Shown here: positions 36,076-49,227 of the stretch, one piece after another
Position numbering within the stretch: position 1 is the stretch's first letter
Layout of the letters: the number at the start of each line of letters is the position of its first letter
Origin: Macrostomum lignano
Lineage: Eukaryota
Assembly (NCBI GenBank): GCA_002269645.1
Contig: NIVC01000677.1
Location: forward strand, 248,001-312,000
Direction: 5' to 3'
Length of the DNA: 64,000 nt
Notes under the pieces: model-generated
The model's database searches: none
What the model saw: the letters and a program-made list of their open reading frames with translations, nothing else
Told to the model about the DNA's origin: nothing
Position numbers and translations under genes: made by a program

Positions 36076-39000
36076 GCACAGCCTGTGCTCACCCGCTACC
36101 AACTCTCAGAGCAAGTAGACTTAGTAGACTCCTACAATCTGAAGGATTTAGATCTAAGCAAGGCTAAACAGCCTCTTTGGCTAGTCAAGGTGCCAAAATA
36201 TCTTGACGAACTGTGGCGTCGGGCTCGCGACAAACAGGAAGTTGGTTATTTAGTTACTAGCGACGGCGGCGGCGACAGCGCCGGTTCCAGCAGCGCCGGC
36301 GGCACCGGCAAAGGCGTCAGCCTGAGGCCGTCCGAGGCGGCTCTGGCCATGGCGGAGCGGCCAGACCTTATACCGCGCGATCACTCCTTTATTATTGAAC
36401 CGTCTGGTGGAGGGCGAAATCAGCAGACGCTGCTTGTGCTCCAGGTAGGCCATGGCTGTACTGCTAGAGCTGAAAGTTAAGCAGGATTGGTTATGGTTAG
36501 TACGCAGTTGAATAATGTCAACCCCCCTAAGGCAGTCACGGCAATCAACCGTAACACACCATGAGAATCGCCCCCAACACAGCTATGAGAATCGCCCCCA
36601 ACACAGCCATGAGAATCGCCCCCAACACAGCTATGAGAATCGCCCCCAACACAGCCATGAGAATCGCCCCCAACACAGCCATGAGAATCGCCCCTAACAG
36701 ACAAAAGCTGATGCCTATCTGCTCACTCAGGAAGAGTTCAGCCGGCGGCCGGGACAGCCAGACGGCCAGCTGGAGTCGAAGGCATCCCTTTACGGCACTG
36801 TTAAACGCCGTGTGGAATGCCGGCCGCAGAATCCGGCCGCTCATATGCGCTTGAAGCGGCACCAGATGGAGCAGAATCGCAGCTCTAAGTTTCAGGCTTC
36901 TCAGCTAGAAACGCGGGTAGGAAATTGGAGTAATAAATATAAGCTCGTAAAAACAGTACGCTCGTTGTCGTCTGTCCACAGAAAACTTAATTAGATAGAT
37001 AAAATACACGAGATACGTAGATGGGATAGATGGGTACGGATACGTTTGCATAACAAAATATAGGGCACAGACAGAGGACAGATAAAAAGACACGTAGCTT
37101 GATAACGGGAAATAGGTAGGTAGAAATTTAAAGAAGGGTCTGAATAATATACATCCAGACACAGAGGAAAGATAGGCAGACACAGAGGTATACATCCAGA
37201 CACAGAGATAGACATCCAGACACAGAGATAGACATCCAGACACAGAGATAGACATCCAGACACAGATAGACATCCAGACACAGATAGGCAGATACAGTGA
37301 GTAGACAGGCAGACACAGAGATAGACATGCACAGTTGATATGGACCACAGACACAGAGAGATAGACAAGCAGACAGAGATAGGCATCCAGACACAAGAGA
37401 TAGACATACGCAGTTGATATGGACCACAGACACAGAGATAGACATACGCAGTTGATATGGACCACAGACACAGAGAGATAGACAAGCAGACAGAGATAGG
37501 CATCCAGACACAAGAGATAGACATACGCAGTTGATATGGACCACAGACACAGAGATAGACATACGCAGTTGATATGGACCACGGACACAGAGATAGACAT
37601 ACGCAGTTGATATGGACCACAGACACAGAGATAGACATACGCAGTTGATATGGACCACAGACACAGAGATAGACATACGCAGTTGATATGGACCACAGAC
37701 ACAGAGAGATAGACAAGCAGACAGAGATAGGCATCCAGACACAAGAGATAGACATACGCAGTTGATATGGACCACAGACACAGAGATAGACATACGCAGT
37801 TGATATGGACCACAGACACAGAGAGATAGACATACGCAGTTGATATGGACCACAGACACAGAGAGATAGACATACGCAGTTGATATGGACCACAGACACA
37901 GAGAGATAGACATACGCAGTTGATATGGACCACAGACACAGAGAGATAGACATACGCAGTTGATATGGACCACAGACACAGAGATAGACATACGCAGTTG
38001 ATTTGGACCACAGACACAGAGAGATAGACAAGCAGACAGAGATAGGCATCCAGACACAAGAGATAGACATACGCAGTTGATATGGACCACAGACACAGAG
38101 ATAGACATACGCAGTTGATATGGACCACAGACACAGAGAGATAGACATACGCAGTTGATATGGACCACAGACACAGAGAGATAGACATACGCAGTTGATA
38201 TGGACCACAGACACAGAGAGATAGACATACGCAGTTGATATGGACCACAGACACAGAGAGATAGACATACGCAGTTGATATGGACCACAGACACAGAGAT
38301 AGACATACGCAGTTGATTTGGACCACAGACACAGAGAGATAGACAAGCAGACAGAGATAGGCATCCAGACACAAGAGATAGACATACGCAGTTGATATGG
38401 ACCACAGACACAGAGATAGACATACGCAGTTGATATGGACCACAGACACAGAGAGATAGACATACGCAGTTGATATGGACCACAGACACAGAGAGATAGA
38501 CATACGCAGTTGATATGGACCACAGACACAGAGAGATAGACATACGCAGTTGATATGGACCACAGACACAGAGAGATAGACATACGCAGTTGATATGGAC
38601 CACAGACACAGAGAGATAGACATACGCAGTTGATATGGACCACAGACACAGAGATAGACATACGCAGTTGATATGGACTGCAGACACAGAGAGATAGGCA
38701 GACATGTTGGCTGGCAGCTCCAGCTGCTCCACCACCTCCCCTCCCGACACCCCCGTTGTCAGGTGCAGCCGCGCAAGCCCATGGAATCTCACGCCGGCAT
38801 TGACAAAATGAAGCGGATGCGCAAAGATGAAGGCAAGAAGCTGCGCAACACGCCTGAAGAAGTCCAGGCCAGGCTATTTGTGGCGTTCGAGAAGCACCAG
38901 TACTACACCGTGCGAGATCTGGTGGACATCACCAAGCAGCCGCTGCCATTCCTTAAAGAGATTCTCAAAGAGATTGCCGTGCATAACAATCAGGGACCGC

Positions 39001-39167
39001 ACAAGAATATGTGGGAGCTCAAACCGGAGTACAGGCACTACAAGCGGAAGCAGTCTATTGAAGATGCTGACGCTAAAATCGGCGGCGCTGCCGGCAACGC
39101 GTCCACATCGATGGACGATGGAGATGGCGATGCCGCTGACGGCACTGACGATTTGCAAGTGGTCTGA
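36025..39167 (+). CDS. GTF2F2: General transcription factor IIF beta subunit (RAP30), 3 exons
   Basis: Exons 36025-36444 (LDLSKAKQPLWLVKVPKYL), 36701-36916 (VECRP...MRLKR) and 38763-39167 (LFVAFEKHQYYTVRDLVDITKQP...WELKPEYRHY); phase-0 GT-AG introns. Confidence 0.95.
36555..36697. repeat. 24-bp intronic minisatellite (atgagaatcgcccccaacacagct)n
   Basis: About 6 units; the last is a variant that forms the exon-2 acceptor. Confidence 0.9.
37145..38700. repeat. 38/40-bp intronic satellite with higher-order structure
   Basis: gatagacatacgcagttgatatggaccacagacacaga(ga) units, interrupted periodically by gacaagcagacagagataggcatcc. Confidence 0.95.
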
Positions 39168-39214
39168 TTGGGCCTAATTACAATCAGGACTACAGTTATT
39201 AGTAATAATTAGCA

Positions 39215-39495
39215 TTTTCACATTATGACCGAAGTGGAATTCATCCAGCAATCCACCCTATGACCGAAGTGGAATCCACCCAGCAATCCGACTCTATGAC
39301 CGAAGTAGAATCCACCCACCAATCCACCCTATGACCGAAGTGGAATCACCCTATGACCGAAGTAGAATCCACCCACCAATCCACCCTATGACCGAAGTGG
39401 AATCACCCTATGACCGAAGTGGAATCACCCTATGACCGAGGTGTAATCACCCCATGACCGAAGTGGAATCCAGCCGGCAATCCACCCTATGATCT
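39215..39495. repeat. Variable 21-35-bp tandem repeat (tatgaccgaagtggaatcaccc) 3' of GTF2F2
   Basis: About 9 related units. Confidence 0.85.
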
Positions 39496-40057
39496 CTAAC
39501 CAACGGCCATATGAAAAGTTGTTAATAGCAGTTGTTGCTTCGAAAATTATTGAAACCTAGCAGACACGAAGTTTATCCATAGCACAATTTAATAAGGTAT
39601 GACTCCCTGCACTCGTGTCTGTTTCTGATCTTTAAGACTAACGGACTGAATGTAAAGATCTTAACAGCTTAGCAATTTGCACATTAAAGTGTACTATGAA
39701 CAGTTTTTGGGTCTTTCAATTATTCTGACTGCAAAGACGCGAAATTAACTTGTCCAATTTTAGTAACGTACTTAGTACAGCAATTCACAGTATTTAAATA
39801 TTATATTAATGTACTGTTGTTTGCTTATAGCTACACGTGCACCCAACCCGATTGATGTATGCTTTTCATCAAATCAGTACTAGTGGTTAATAGACTCTTA
39901 TAGTTATCATTGCTCGTATTTGTTTAATATTAATGAAGTAATAGTATACATAAATAAACATAGGCGTTTCTTGTTGCTGTTTCATGAAAATTCACACTTT
40001 GGTTTTGTGGGATTCACAGTGAGGTTAAGTTCGGACAATTGTCTAAGATTCATGGTG

Positions 40058-42202
40058 GGTGTGGGATCTGAGTCTAAAGCAGTGTGGGATCTGAGTGTAA
40101 TACAGTGTGGGATCTGAGTGTAATACAGTGTGGGATCTGAGTGTAATATAGTGTGGGATCTGAGTGTAATATAGTGTGGGATCTGAGTGTAATACAGTGT
40201 GGGATCTGAGTGTAATATAGTGTGGGATCTGAGTGTAATACAGTGTGGGATCTGAGTGAAATATAGTGTGGGATCTGAGTGTAATATAGTGTGGGATCTG
40301 AGTGAAATATAGTGTGGGATCTGAGTGTAATACAGTGTGGGATCTGAGTGAAATACAGTGTGGGATCTGAGTGTAATACAGTGTGGGATCTGAGTGAAAT
40401 ACAGTGTGGGATCTGAGTGTAATACAGTGTGGGATCTGAGTGTAATACAGTGTGGGATCTGAGTGTAATACAGTGTGGGATCTGAGTGTAATACAGTGTG
40501 GGATCTGAGTGTAATATAGTGTGGGATCTGAGTGTAATACAGTGTGGGATCTGAGTGTAATATAGTGTGGGATCTGAGTGTAATACAGTGTGGGATCTGA
40601 GTGAAATACAGTGTGGGATCTGAGTGTAATACAGTGTGGGATCTGAGTGTAATACAGTGTGGGATCTGAGTGTAATACAGTGTGGGATCTGAGTGTAATA
40701 CAGTGTGGGATCTGAGTGTAATACAGTGTGGGATCTGAGTGTAATACAGTGTGGGATCTGAGTGAAATACAGTGGGATCTGAGTATAATACAGTGTGGGA
40801 TCTGAGTGAAATACAGTGTGGGATCTGAGTATAATACAGTGTGGGATCTGAGTATAATACAGTGTTGGATCTGAGTGAAATACAGTGTGGGATCTGAGTG
40901 AAATACAGTGTGGGATCTGAGTGAAATACAGTGTGGGATCTGAGTATAATACAGTGTGGGATCTGAGTGAAATACAGTGTGGGATCTGAGTGAAATACAG
41001 TGTGGGATCTGAGTGAAATATAGTGTGGGATCTGAGTGTAATACAGTGTGGGATCTGAGTGAAATACAGTGTGGGATCTGAGTGTAATACAGTGTGGGAT
41101 CTGAGTGAAATACAGTGTGGGATCTGAGTGTAATACAGTGTGGGATCTGAGTGTAATACAGTGTGGGATCTGAGTGTAATACAGTGTGGGATCTGAGTGT
41201 AATACAGTGTGGGATCTGAGTGTAATATAGTGTGGGATCTGAGTGTAATATAGTGTGGGATCTGAGTGTAATACAGTGTGGGATCTGAGTGTAATATAGT
41301 GTGGGATCTGAGTGTAATACAGTGTGGGATCTGAGTGAAATATAGTGTGGGATCTGAGTGTAATATAGTGTGGGATCTGAGTGAAATATAGTGTGGGATC
41401 TGAGTGTAATACAGTGTGGGATCTGAGTGAAATACAGTGTGGGATCTGAGTGTAATACAGTGTGGGATCTGAGTGAAATACAGTGTGGGATCTGAGTGTA
41501 ATACAGTGTGGGATCTGAGTGTAATACAGTGTGGGATCTGAGTGTAATACAGTGTGGGATCTGAGTGTAATATAGTGTGGGATCTGAGTGTAATACAGTG
41601 TGGGATCTGAGTGTAATATAGTGTGGGATCTGAGTGTAATACAGTGTGGGATCTGAGTGTAATACAGTGTGGGATCTGAGTGTAATACAGTGTGGGATCT
41701 GAGTGTAATACAGTGTGGGATCTGAGTGTAATACAGTGTGGGATCTGAGTGTAATACAGTGTGGGATCTGAGTGTAATACAGTGTGGGATCTGAGTGAAA
41801 TACAGTGGGATCTGAGTATAATACAGTGTGGGATCTGAGTGAAATACAGTGTGGGATCTGAGTGTAATATAGTGTGGGATCTGAGTGTAATATAGTGTGG
41901 GATCTGAGTGTAATATAGTGTGGGATCTGAGTGTAATATAGTGTGGGATCTGAGTGTAATACAGTGTGGGATCTGAGTGAAATACAGTGTGGGATCTGAG
42001 TATAATACAGTGTGGGATCTGAGTGAAATACAGTGTGGGATCTGAGTATAATACAGTGTGGGATCTGAGTGAAATACAGTGTGGGATCTGAGTATAATAC
42101 AGTGTGGGATCTGAGTGAAATACAGTGTGGGATCTGAGTGTAATACAGTGTGGGATCTGAGTGTAATACAGTGTGGGATCTGAGTGAAATACAGTGTGGG
42201 AT
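40058..42202. repeat. 22/23-bp satellite (gtgtgggatctgagtgtaataca)n
   Basis: About 95 units with few variant types; it explains the three long minus-strand pseudo-ORFs. Confidence 0.97.
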
Positions 42203-42272
42203 ATACAATTCGCAAGTAGAATGTACACAACGATGCACAATACAACCAGCTACCCATCAAACAAACCTGCAG

Positions 42273-42975
42273 CTCATCTCTGAGCTAATTCGCGAAAACA
42301 ACATCAAAATCATGCTGCGCTCGGAAACCAAGCGTCGGGAGGCGGCGGTCAACGGCTCCGCCAATTCCGACGTAGACGGCTACGCGTCCGATATTAAAAG
42401 CCTGTCGGCCCGGCTGCAGCAGATCCGGCACTACCTGCGGCAGGCCGCTCAGCTTCGCCGATCTGTCGGCGGCCGGCAGGGCCGCAATCTGGACAGTCTG
42501 ATGCAGCAGTTGGCCGCGCAGGAACGGCACTGCTCCGCGGCGCTCGAAGACCGACTCCGACGCCATGCTGTCATTGACATGGCGGCGGATCAACAGTCCG
42601 ACGGCGAGAGGGACAGCGAGGACGTCGGAGATCAGGACGACGCTGATGAAGATGGAGACGCAGACGAGGATGTCGAAGTGGAGAGCAAGGGCCGACCGAC
42701 CATCGAGTCGAAGCTTGGCCGGCACCCGGACACGGCTGACACTTCCCAGTGCGGCGAAGATGACAGCGAACGGGGCGTTGATGTTGACAGTGGCGAGGAG
42801 CTGGAGGCTCTGCGGAATCAGCGCGACCTGCTGCGGCGGATGTTGCAGGTAGTTTGTCTGTCTGTCCGTCTCTGTCCGTCTGTGTCTGTCTGTCTGTCCG
42901 TCTGTGTCTGTCTGTCTGTCTGTCTGTCTGTCTGCTGTCTGTCCGTCTGTGTCTGTCTGTCTGTCTGTCTGTCTG

Positions 42976-43008
<33 letters not shown>

Positions 43009-43034
43009 AGTGTCTGTCTGTCTGTCTGTCTGCC

Positions 43035-43078
<44 letters not shown>

Positions 43079-43080
43079 AG

Positions 43081-43111
<31 letters not shown>

Positions 43112-43132
43112 GTCTGTCTGTCTGTCTGTCAG

Positions 43133-43168
<36 letters not shown>

Positions 43169-43170
43169 AG

Positions 43171-43222
<52 letters not shown>

Positions 43223-44069
43223 AGTGTCTGTCTGTCTGTCTGTCTGTCTTAGTGTCTACTTGTCTGTTTATCTGTCTGTGTCTGTCTGTCTGATGCCCAA
43301 ACGTCACCCTCCTTTCATCCGTAGCCCGCAGGCAGTCAGCAGCCGCAGCAGCATCGACAGCTGCCAGCACTTCCAGCAAGCAATCAGCAAGTCGCCAGTG
43401 CCGGCGCACCATCTGAAGACGCCCTGGTCAAGCGCCTAATGGATCTGGAATCGCGCCGAGCCCGCCTAGACCAGACCCTAGAGGAGCTGGCCGACTTGCG
43501 TGCCGACGCGTCCACAACCAGCACGGAGGTGCAGGCGGCGGCCGGTTCGTTCAGCGCCAGACAGACGGCGGGCGAAGCCGCCCAGCTGCTGGGAGCCATG
43601 GAGACGATGCAGGCCCGCCTGGACCGCCTCCGCTCCGTCCGCGATCGTTTGGAAAGCGTTCGCCAACTGGCTGACGACTATCGACGATCGGGGACCTCGC
43701 TGTCGACTAACCAGTCTGGCGGCGGCGGCGGCCAGAATGGCGATGACGATGGTGATGGAGGCAACGCGGAAGCTTCGGCTGCCGAGCGGGAGCTGCGCCA
43801 GCTGGTGCTGGAGCGACAGCGCCTGGTGGATCTGCAAACCCAGCTGGAGCTGCTGCACTCTGCCGCTGGTCGAGACGCTGCGGCGGCGGCGGCCGCTCTT
43901 GCCGCTGCCGAACAAGAAGACAACGACGAGGAGGCCGCGGGCCAGCAAGAGGAAGAAGAAGAGGAACAGGCCGATGCTGACGATGACGAAGACGATGAAG
44001 ACGGCGATGATGACGCTTACAACGATGGCGACTCGGCGACGTTCCCGGCTGGCCTGGAGGCGCGAGAGC

Positions 44070-44109
<40 letters not shown>

Positions 44110-47024
44110 ATCTCAGATTTCAGCGGAGCAGTTGGGATCGGCCGAGTTCGGCGCCGGAGCGGCCCAGATTGCCGTGTGCCTGCAGCAGTGCTGCGCCTTG
44201 CTGTCCGCCCAGCAGCAGCAGCTGCACCGCCTCACGCAGCAGGTGAACGACCTGCAGCAGAGACAGCAGCAACAGCAGCCGGCTGCATTGTATCAGAGCT
44301 ATCCCGGATATTGGTGGGGATTCTGGGGCCAGCATCATCCTTATCAGCAGCAGCAGCAGCAGCAGGTGCCGTGCTGCTCATGCGCTGACACGGCAGCTCA
44401 GAGACAGGCGGCCATGTCTACAACTCGAGCCACCATCGGCTCCCAGACTGACCTGGCTCAGCAGTCTGCATTCTCAGCCGCCGAGTCCGAGACGGACAAC
44501 TCCGAAGCCCATAGCCAGCAGGGATTCGATCGGCTACGCAGCAGCATCTACTCCGAGGTGGCCGCCGTGATCTCTCAGAACGAGTCGCGGCCGCACTACC
44601 TGATTGAGCTGTTCCGCGAACTGCAGCTGCTGTCTACTGACAGGCTTCGACAGCGGGCTCTGCAGCAGCTGCAGCGATTGGTGAACGGCTATCTGGCTTC
44701 CCGGCCGCCTTGGCTGCGAGATAGCGACGATGGCGACGGCGAGGGCGACTACGATAGAGGCGCCGTAGCTGTAGTTGTCGACGTCGAACAAACTCCATCG
44801 GAAAGCTACGCAACAACGACAACATCGGCGGCCGCAGAGGAGGCGACTGCCGAAGCGCCTTTCGCTCGGGACTCTCTTGGCGACACTGCTATTAATCTGG
44901 ACCGGGCGATGCGCCAGGTCCGTCAGCATCAGCAGCAGCAGCGTCAGCACCTTCTATCATCGTCATCTTCGGGCGGACGGGCCGCCGTCGCTGCCGGAGC
45001 TTCGGCCAGCGGTAGAATCGATGCCGAACAATTGGACCGCCAGGTGAAGTCCGTGGTGCGGCATCTTATACCGGCTCTGCGGGCGCGCGCCCAGGAGGTG
45101 GCCACACCGCAACTGCTGAAATGGGTGGCTGATTTGGCTCTGCAACGGGTTAAATTGATCCTGGTGAGTGCGTGTGCCAGCTGTAACCGTTTCCAGCTCT
45201 AGTGCCCCACTTGGTCATTCAGTGCCTCATTTGGTCATTCAGTGCCCCACTTGGTCATTCAGTGCCCCACTTGGTCATTCAGTGCCCCATTTTGGTCATT
45301 CAGTGCCCCACTTGGTCATTCAGTGCCCCACTTGGTCATTCAGTGCCCCACTTGGTCATTCAGTGCCCCACTTGGTCATCCAGTGCCCCACTTGGTCATC
45401 CAGTGCCCCTCTCAATCTTCCAGTGCCTCACTCAATCAACACTTTTCTTAGGATCCTTCCGCCACCGGCGACGAAGCCGGCAGCAGCGCCGCTTCCACAG
45501 CCTCGGCGGCATCGAAGGACAGCGAATTCGATCAGTTCTTTGCCCGCCAGCTGTCCAGCCTGCTGGCCGACTCTCTGGCCAGATTTCGCGGTCATCGTTT
45601 GGCCGACTGCACCGAGGACATGCTGGTGGATCTGAGCGAACTGCTGTTCAACGAATTGGCCTTCTTTAGATTAGTCAACAATCTGGACATTAGTAACGAT
45701 GATGTACCGGCCGCTGCCGGCGGCGATACGGACAGCGTAGCCACCGAAGATGTCGCTGCCAACAAAGCTGAAAATGAAGACACCGGTCAAGATGAAGAAG
45801 AGCCAGACAATGGAGAAGAAACCGAAGGCGGAGATGGAGAAGAATCGGAAGCTGAAACGGCGTCGGCGAAGGCTGTGGAAGATTACGCCGACGATTTTGA
45901 GGAGGCTGCGACTAGTAGCGACGCGGAGGCGGCGGGCGCTGCTGTTCAGAACCACGAGAAGGAGGTGAGAGTAGAAGTGCTGAACTGTTCTGGTAATGTT
46001 ACAAGTGGATAGCGGCAACCCATTGGTAAAAGACCGGAGGGTAGCGACAACCCATTGATAAAGACCAGAGGGTAGCGACAACCCATTGATAAAGACCGGA
46101 GGGTAGCGACAACCCATTGATAAAGACCAGAAGGTAGCGACAACCCATTGATAAAGACCGGAGGGTAGCGGCAACCCATTGATAAAGACCGGAGGGTAGC
46201 GGCAACCCATTGATAAAGACCGGAGGGTAGCGGCAACCCATTGATAAAGACCGGAGGGTAGCGGCAACCCATTGATAAAGACCGGAGGGTAGCGGCAACC
46301 CATTGATAAAGACCGGAGGGTAGCGGCAACCCATTGATAAAGACCGGAGGATAGCGGCAACCCATTGATAAAGACCGGAGGGTAGCGGCAACCCATTGAT
46401 AAAGACCGGAGGGTAGCGGCAACCCATTGATAAAGACCGGAGGGTAGCGGCAACCCATTGATAAAGACCGGAGGGTAGCGACAACCCATTGATAAAGACC
46501 GGAGGGTAGCGGCAACCCATTGATAAAGACCGGAGGGTAGCGGCAACCCATTGATAAAGACCGGAGGGTAGCGGCAACCCATTGATAAAGACCGGAGGGT
46601 AGCGGCAACCCATTGATAAAGACCGGAGGGTAGCGGCAACCCATTGATAAAGACCGGAGGGTAGCGGCAACCCATTGATAAAGACCGGAGGGTAGCGACA
46701 ACCCATTGATAAAGACCGGAGGGTAGCGGCAACCCATTGATAAAGACCGGAGGGTAGCGGCAACCCATTGATAAAGACCGGAGGGTAGCGACAACCCATT
46801 GATAAAAGAGTGGCAACCCATTGATAAAAATGCAGACCAGTCTTATATAATACTTTAGTACAAACAAAATCATTAAATGCTACTACAAGTATTGACATTC
46901 GCGTGTTAACAACTTGCATGCGCAGGTTTCGCCCAATTCCGCACCAGCCGATGTGAAGTCGCGCGAGCAGCAGTCGAACGGCGAAATTGTCGCCGATGAA
47001 GAAGTGAAGGCAGATGACAGCTAG
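42273..47024 (+). CDS. PCM1: Pericentriolar material 1 (centriolar-satellite scaffold) homolog, ~1000 aa, 4 exons
   Basis: Exons ~42273-42848 ([12 protein letters not shown]), 43325-45163 ([46 protein letters not shown]), 45452-45964 ([10 protein letters not shown]...[12 protein letters not shown]) and 46926-47024; phase-0 introns. The start is uncertain (acceptor at 42273 or ATG at 42312). Confidence 0.9.
42852..43292. repeat. (GTCT)n microsatellite in PCM1 intron
   Basis: About 440 bp of tetramer repeat. Confidence 0.97.
45202..45410. repeat. 20-bp intronic minisatellite (gtgccccacttggtcattca)n
   Basis: About 10 units. Confidence 0.93.
46005..46825. repeat. 32-bp intronic minisatellite (gtagcggcaacccattgataaagaccggaggg)n
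   Basis: About 25 highly homogeneous units. Confidence 0.96.
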
Positions 47025-47789
47025 TTGTTTTGCTATAAATTGATTTATCAAGCTCTAACCACAATGCCTATATAGAAATGTGTAGAAAATGACTCTACTG
47101 AGACTGAACTAAGACCTTTTCCTATAGAATCAGTTTTGATAAAGAAGTAAATTGTGTACATTTTTATTCTGGTTTAGTTCGTCACTGCACCGTACTTTTT
47201 TAATTTTCTTTCGTAAAGCGGAATTCCGTCCTGATTTTTATTAAACATTCATTCAATCTTTCCTTCTCAGTGTCCTTACACAGTTTTGCCCCATCATTAC
47301 AAACTCTTTTTTTACTTGTAAACAACTTTCTGGAAGTAGGTCCAAAAAGGGTCTGCTAGTCAGCCTGTGCCTTCATTCATTCTTATTTAGCCTATAATTT
47401 AATAAAATATAGTTAAGTTTTTTAACAGCTCTTTTTCACAGCTGCATCTGTGTTGCGAGATTGCTACATTCCAATTTTATGGTCACTTTATATTTTATTT
47501 ACGCTATTTCTGACTGTATATCTATTATATCAACCTATATACATATATAAATATGTTGCAGGTAGTGTTCTAAGTAACCTTATCTACGAGTAAATAAGTT
47601 TTCCCCGACGAGTTCTTTTTTAAATATTCTTCTATGCCACTAAACATATTAAGTTGTTTTTTTAAATATTTTGTGATGAATTGTGATGGCGTCTTTGAGT
47701 AGTTAAAATGTACTCAATGACGCACTACTTTCAGCTTACACCGGCTTCACACACCCATAATTAAATCGACTGTCGGATTCAATTACTAT

Positions 47790-48110
47790 ACCCAATGTAC
47801 GCACCACCTCGCCAACTCCTCCTAATGTGCACACCATCTGGCCAACTCCTGCCCCCAATGTACATACCATCTCGCCAACTCCTGCCCCCAATGTGTACGC
47901 ACCATCTCGCCAACTCCTGCCCCCAATGTACATACCATCTCGCCAACTCCTGCCCCCAATGTGTACGCACCATCTCGCCAACTCCTGCCCCCAATGTGTA
48001 CGCACCATCTCGCCAACTCCTGCCCCCAATGTGTACGCACCATCTCGCCAACTCCTGCCCCCAATGTACACAGCAACTCGCCAACTCCTGCCCCCAATGT
48101 ACGCACAATG
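47790..48110. repeat. 33/35-bp minisatellite (ccatctcgccaactcctgcccccaatgtgtacgca)n
   Basis: About 9 units. Confidence 0.92.
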
Positions 48111-48629
48111 CCATCTTGTCAAATTCTACCCTAATATACACAAAGATGAATATCTTTGCGAAATTTATTCACACGATTTACGGTCTTAGTGCACGTTTCC
48201 AGATAGAATAGAATTATCAAGTAGATCGGTAAATATTGACTGATGTGTTTCCACCACGTTTTCACACAAAATCGATCGAATATTTTGTCTCACAGAGAAC
48301 TTTTTCAATAAAACTCTTCCTCTGTCATTTTTACGCTTTCTCCAAATTGTCTTGCTTGCACAGCCGATAGGTGTATCTTGGTAACAAATTGAACAAAAAT
48401 AATGTGCTTCGCGAGTCGCGACCGATTCTGTTCCCTTTTAATTAAACCGCATCGTTGCACGCTTTATTTACTTCATAAATGTGTAAGAACGTCTCTTTTT
48501 TTTCTCTATTGAGTATAACTTTCTACTAGGTACTATTGGTTGACTAGTTGCTAGGCACTGCTAAATCAGGATAGTTAGATGGTTTAAAGGTTTTAGTTAG
48601 ACAGGTTAGTTAATGAATAAGCAGAAAGT

Positions 48630-49135
48630 TTAATTTAGGCCATAGACACTTTATGTCATAGACTGCTTAGGTCAAATACTGTTTGGGTTAGGTCATAGAC
48701 AGTTTAGTTTGTTTAAGCCATAGACAGTTTAGACCATAGACAATTTAGGCCATAGACACTTTATGTCATAGACTGTTTAGGTCAAATACTGTTTGGGTTA
48801 GGTCATAGACAGTTTAGTTTGTTTAAGCCATAGACAGTTTAGGCCATAGACACTTTATGTCATAGACTGTTTAGGTCAAATACTGTTTGGGTTAGGTCAT
48901 AGACAGTTTAGTTTGTTTAAGCCATAGACAGTTTAGGCCATAGACACTTTATGTCATAGACTGTTTAGGTCAAATACTGTTTGGGTTAGGTCATAGACAG
49001 TTTAGTTTGTTTAAGCCATAGACAGTTTAGACCATAGACCGTTTAGGCTATATACAGTTTAGGTCATAGACAGTTTAGGCCATAGACAGTTTAGGTCATA
49101 GACAGCTTAGTTCATAGACAGTTTGGGGCATAGGC
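48630..49135. repeat. ~17-bp satellite (catagacagtttaggt/c) with a ~95-bp higher-order period
   Basis: The block ggccatagacactttatgtcatagactg... recurs about 4 times; same family as 50860-51500. Confidence 0.88.
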
Positions 49136-49227
49136 ATTTGATAGGCATTTGTGCGACAGCACAATCTATACAGCTAAGCACTGTCAATAATTTTTTCATA
49201 TTTATCGCGTCAATTTTTGCTGAAAAG

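Noticed and set aside
36905-38792. Three ~560-aa Cys/Val-rich minus-strand ORFs
   Set aside because: Antisense translation of the satellite in GTF2F2 intron 2.
39982-42260. Three 730-750-aa minus-strand ORFs
   Set aside because: They are translations of the 22/23-bp satellite, which lacks stops on that strand; no splice or domain support.
25389-47024. Ciliary gene cluster (TTLL10 + PCM1)
   Set aside because: Only two genes, separated by GTF2F2 and >11 kb, with no shared regulatory evidence; proximity is likely chance.
45671-47051. Long minus-strand repetitive ORFs
   Set aside because: Translation of the 32-bp array, antisense to PCM1.
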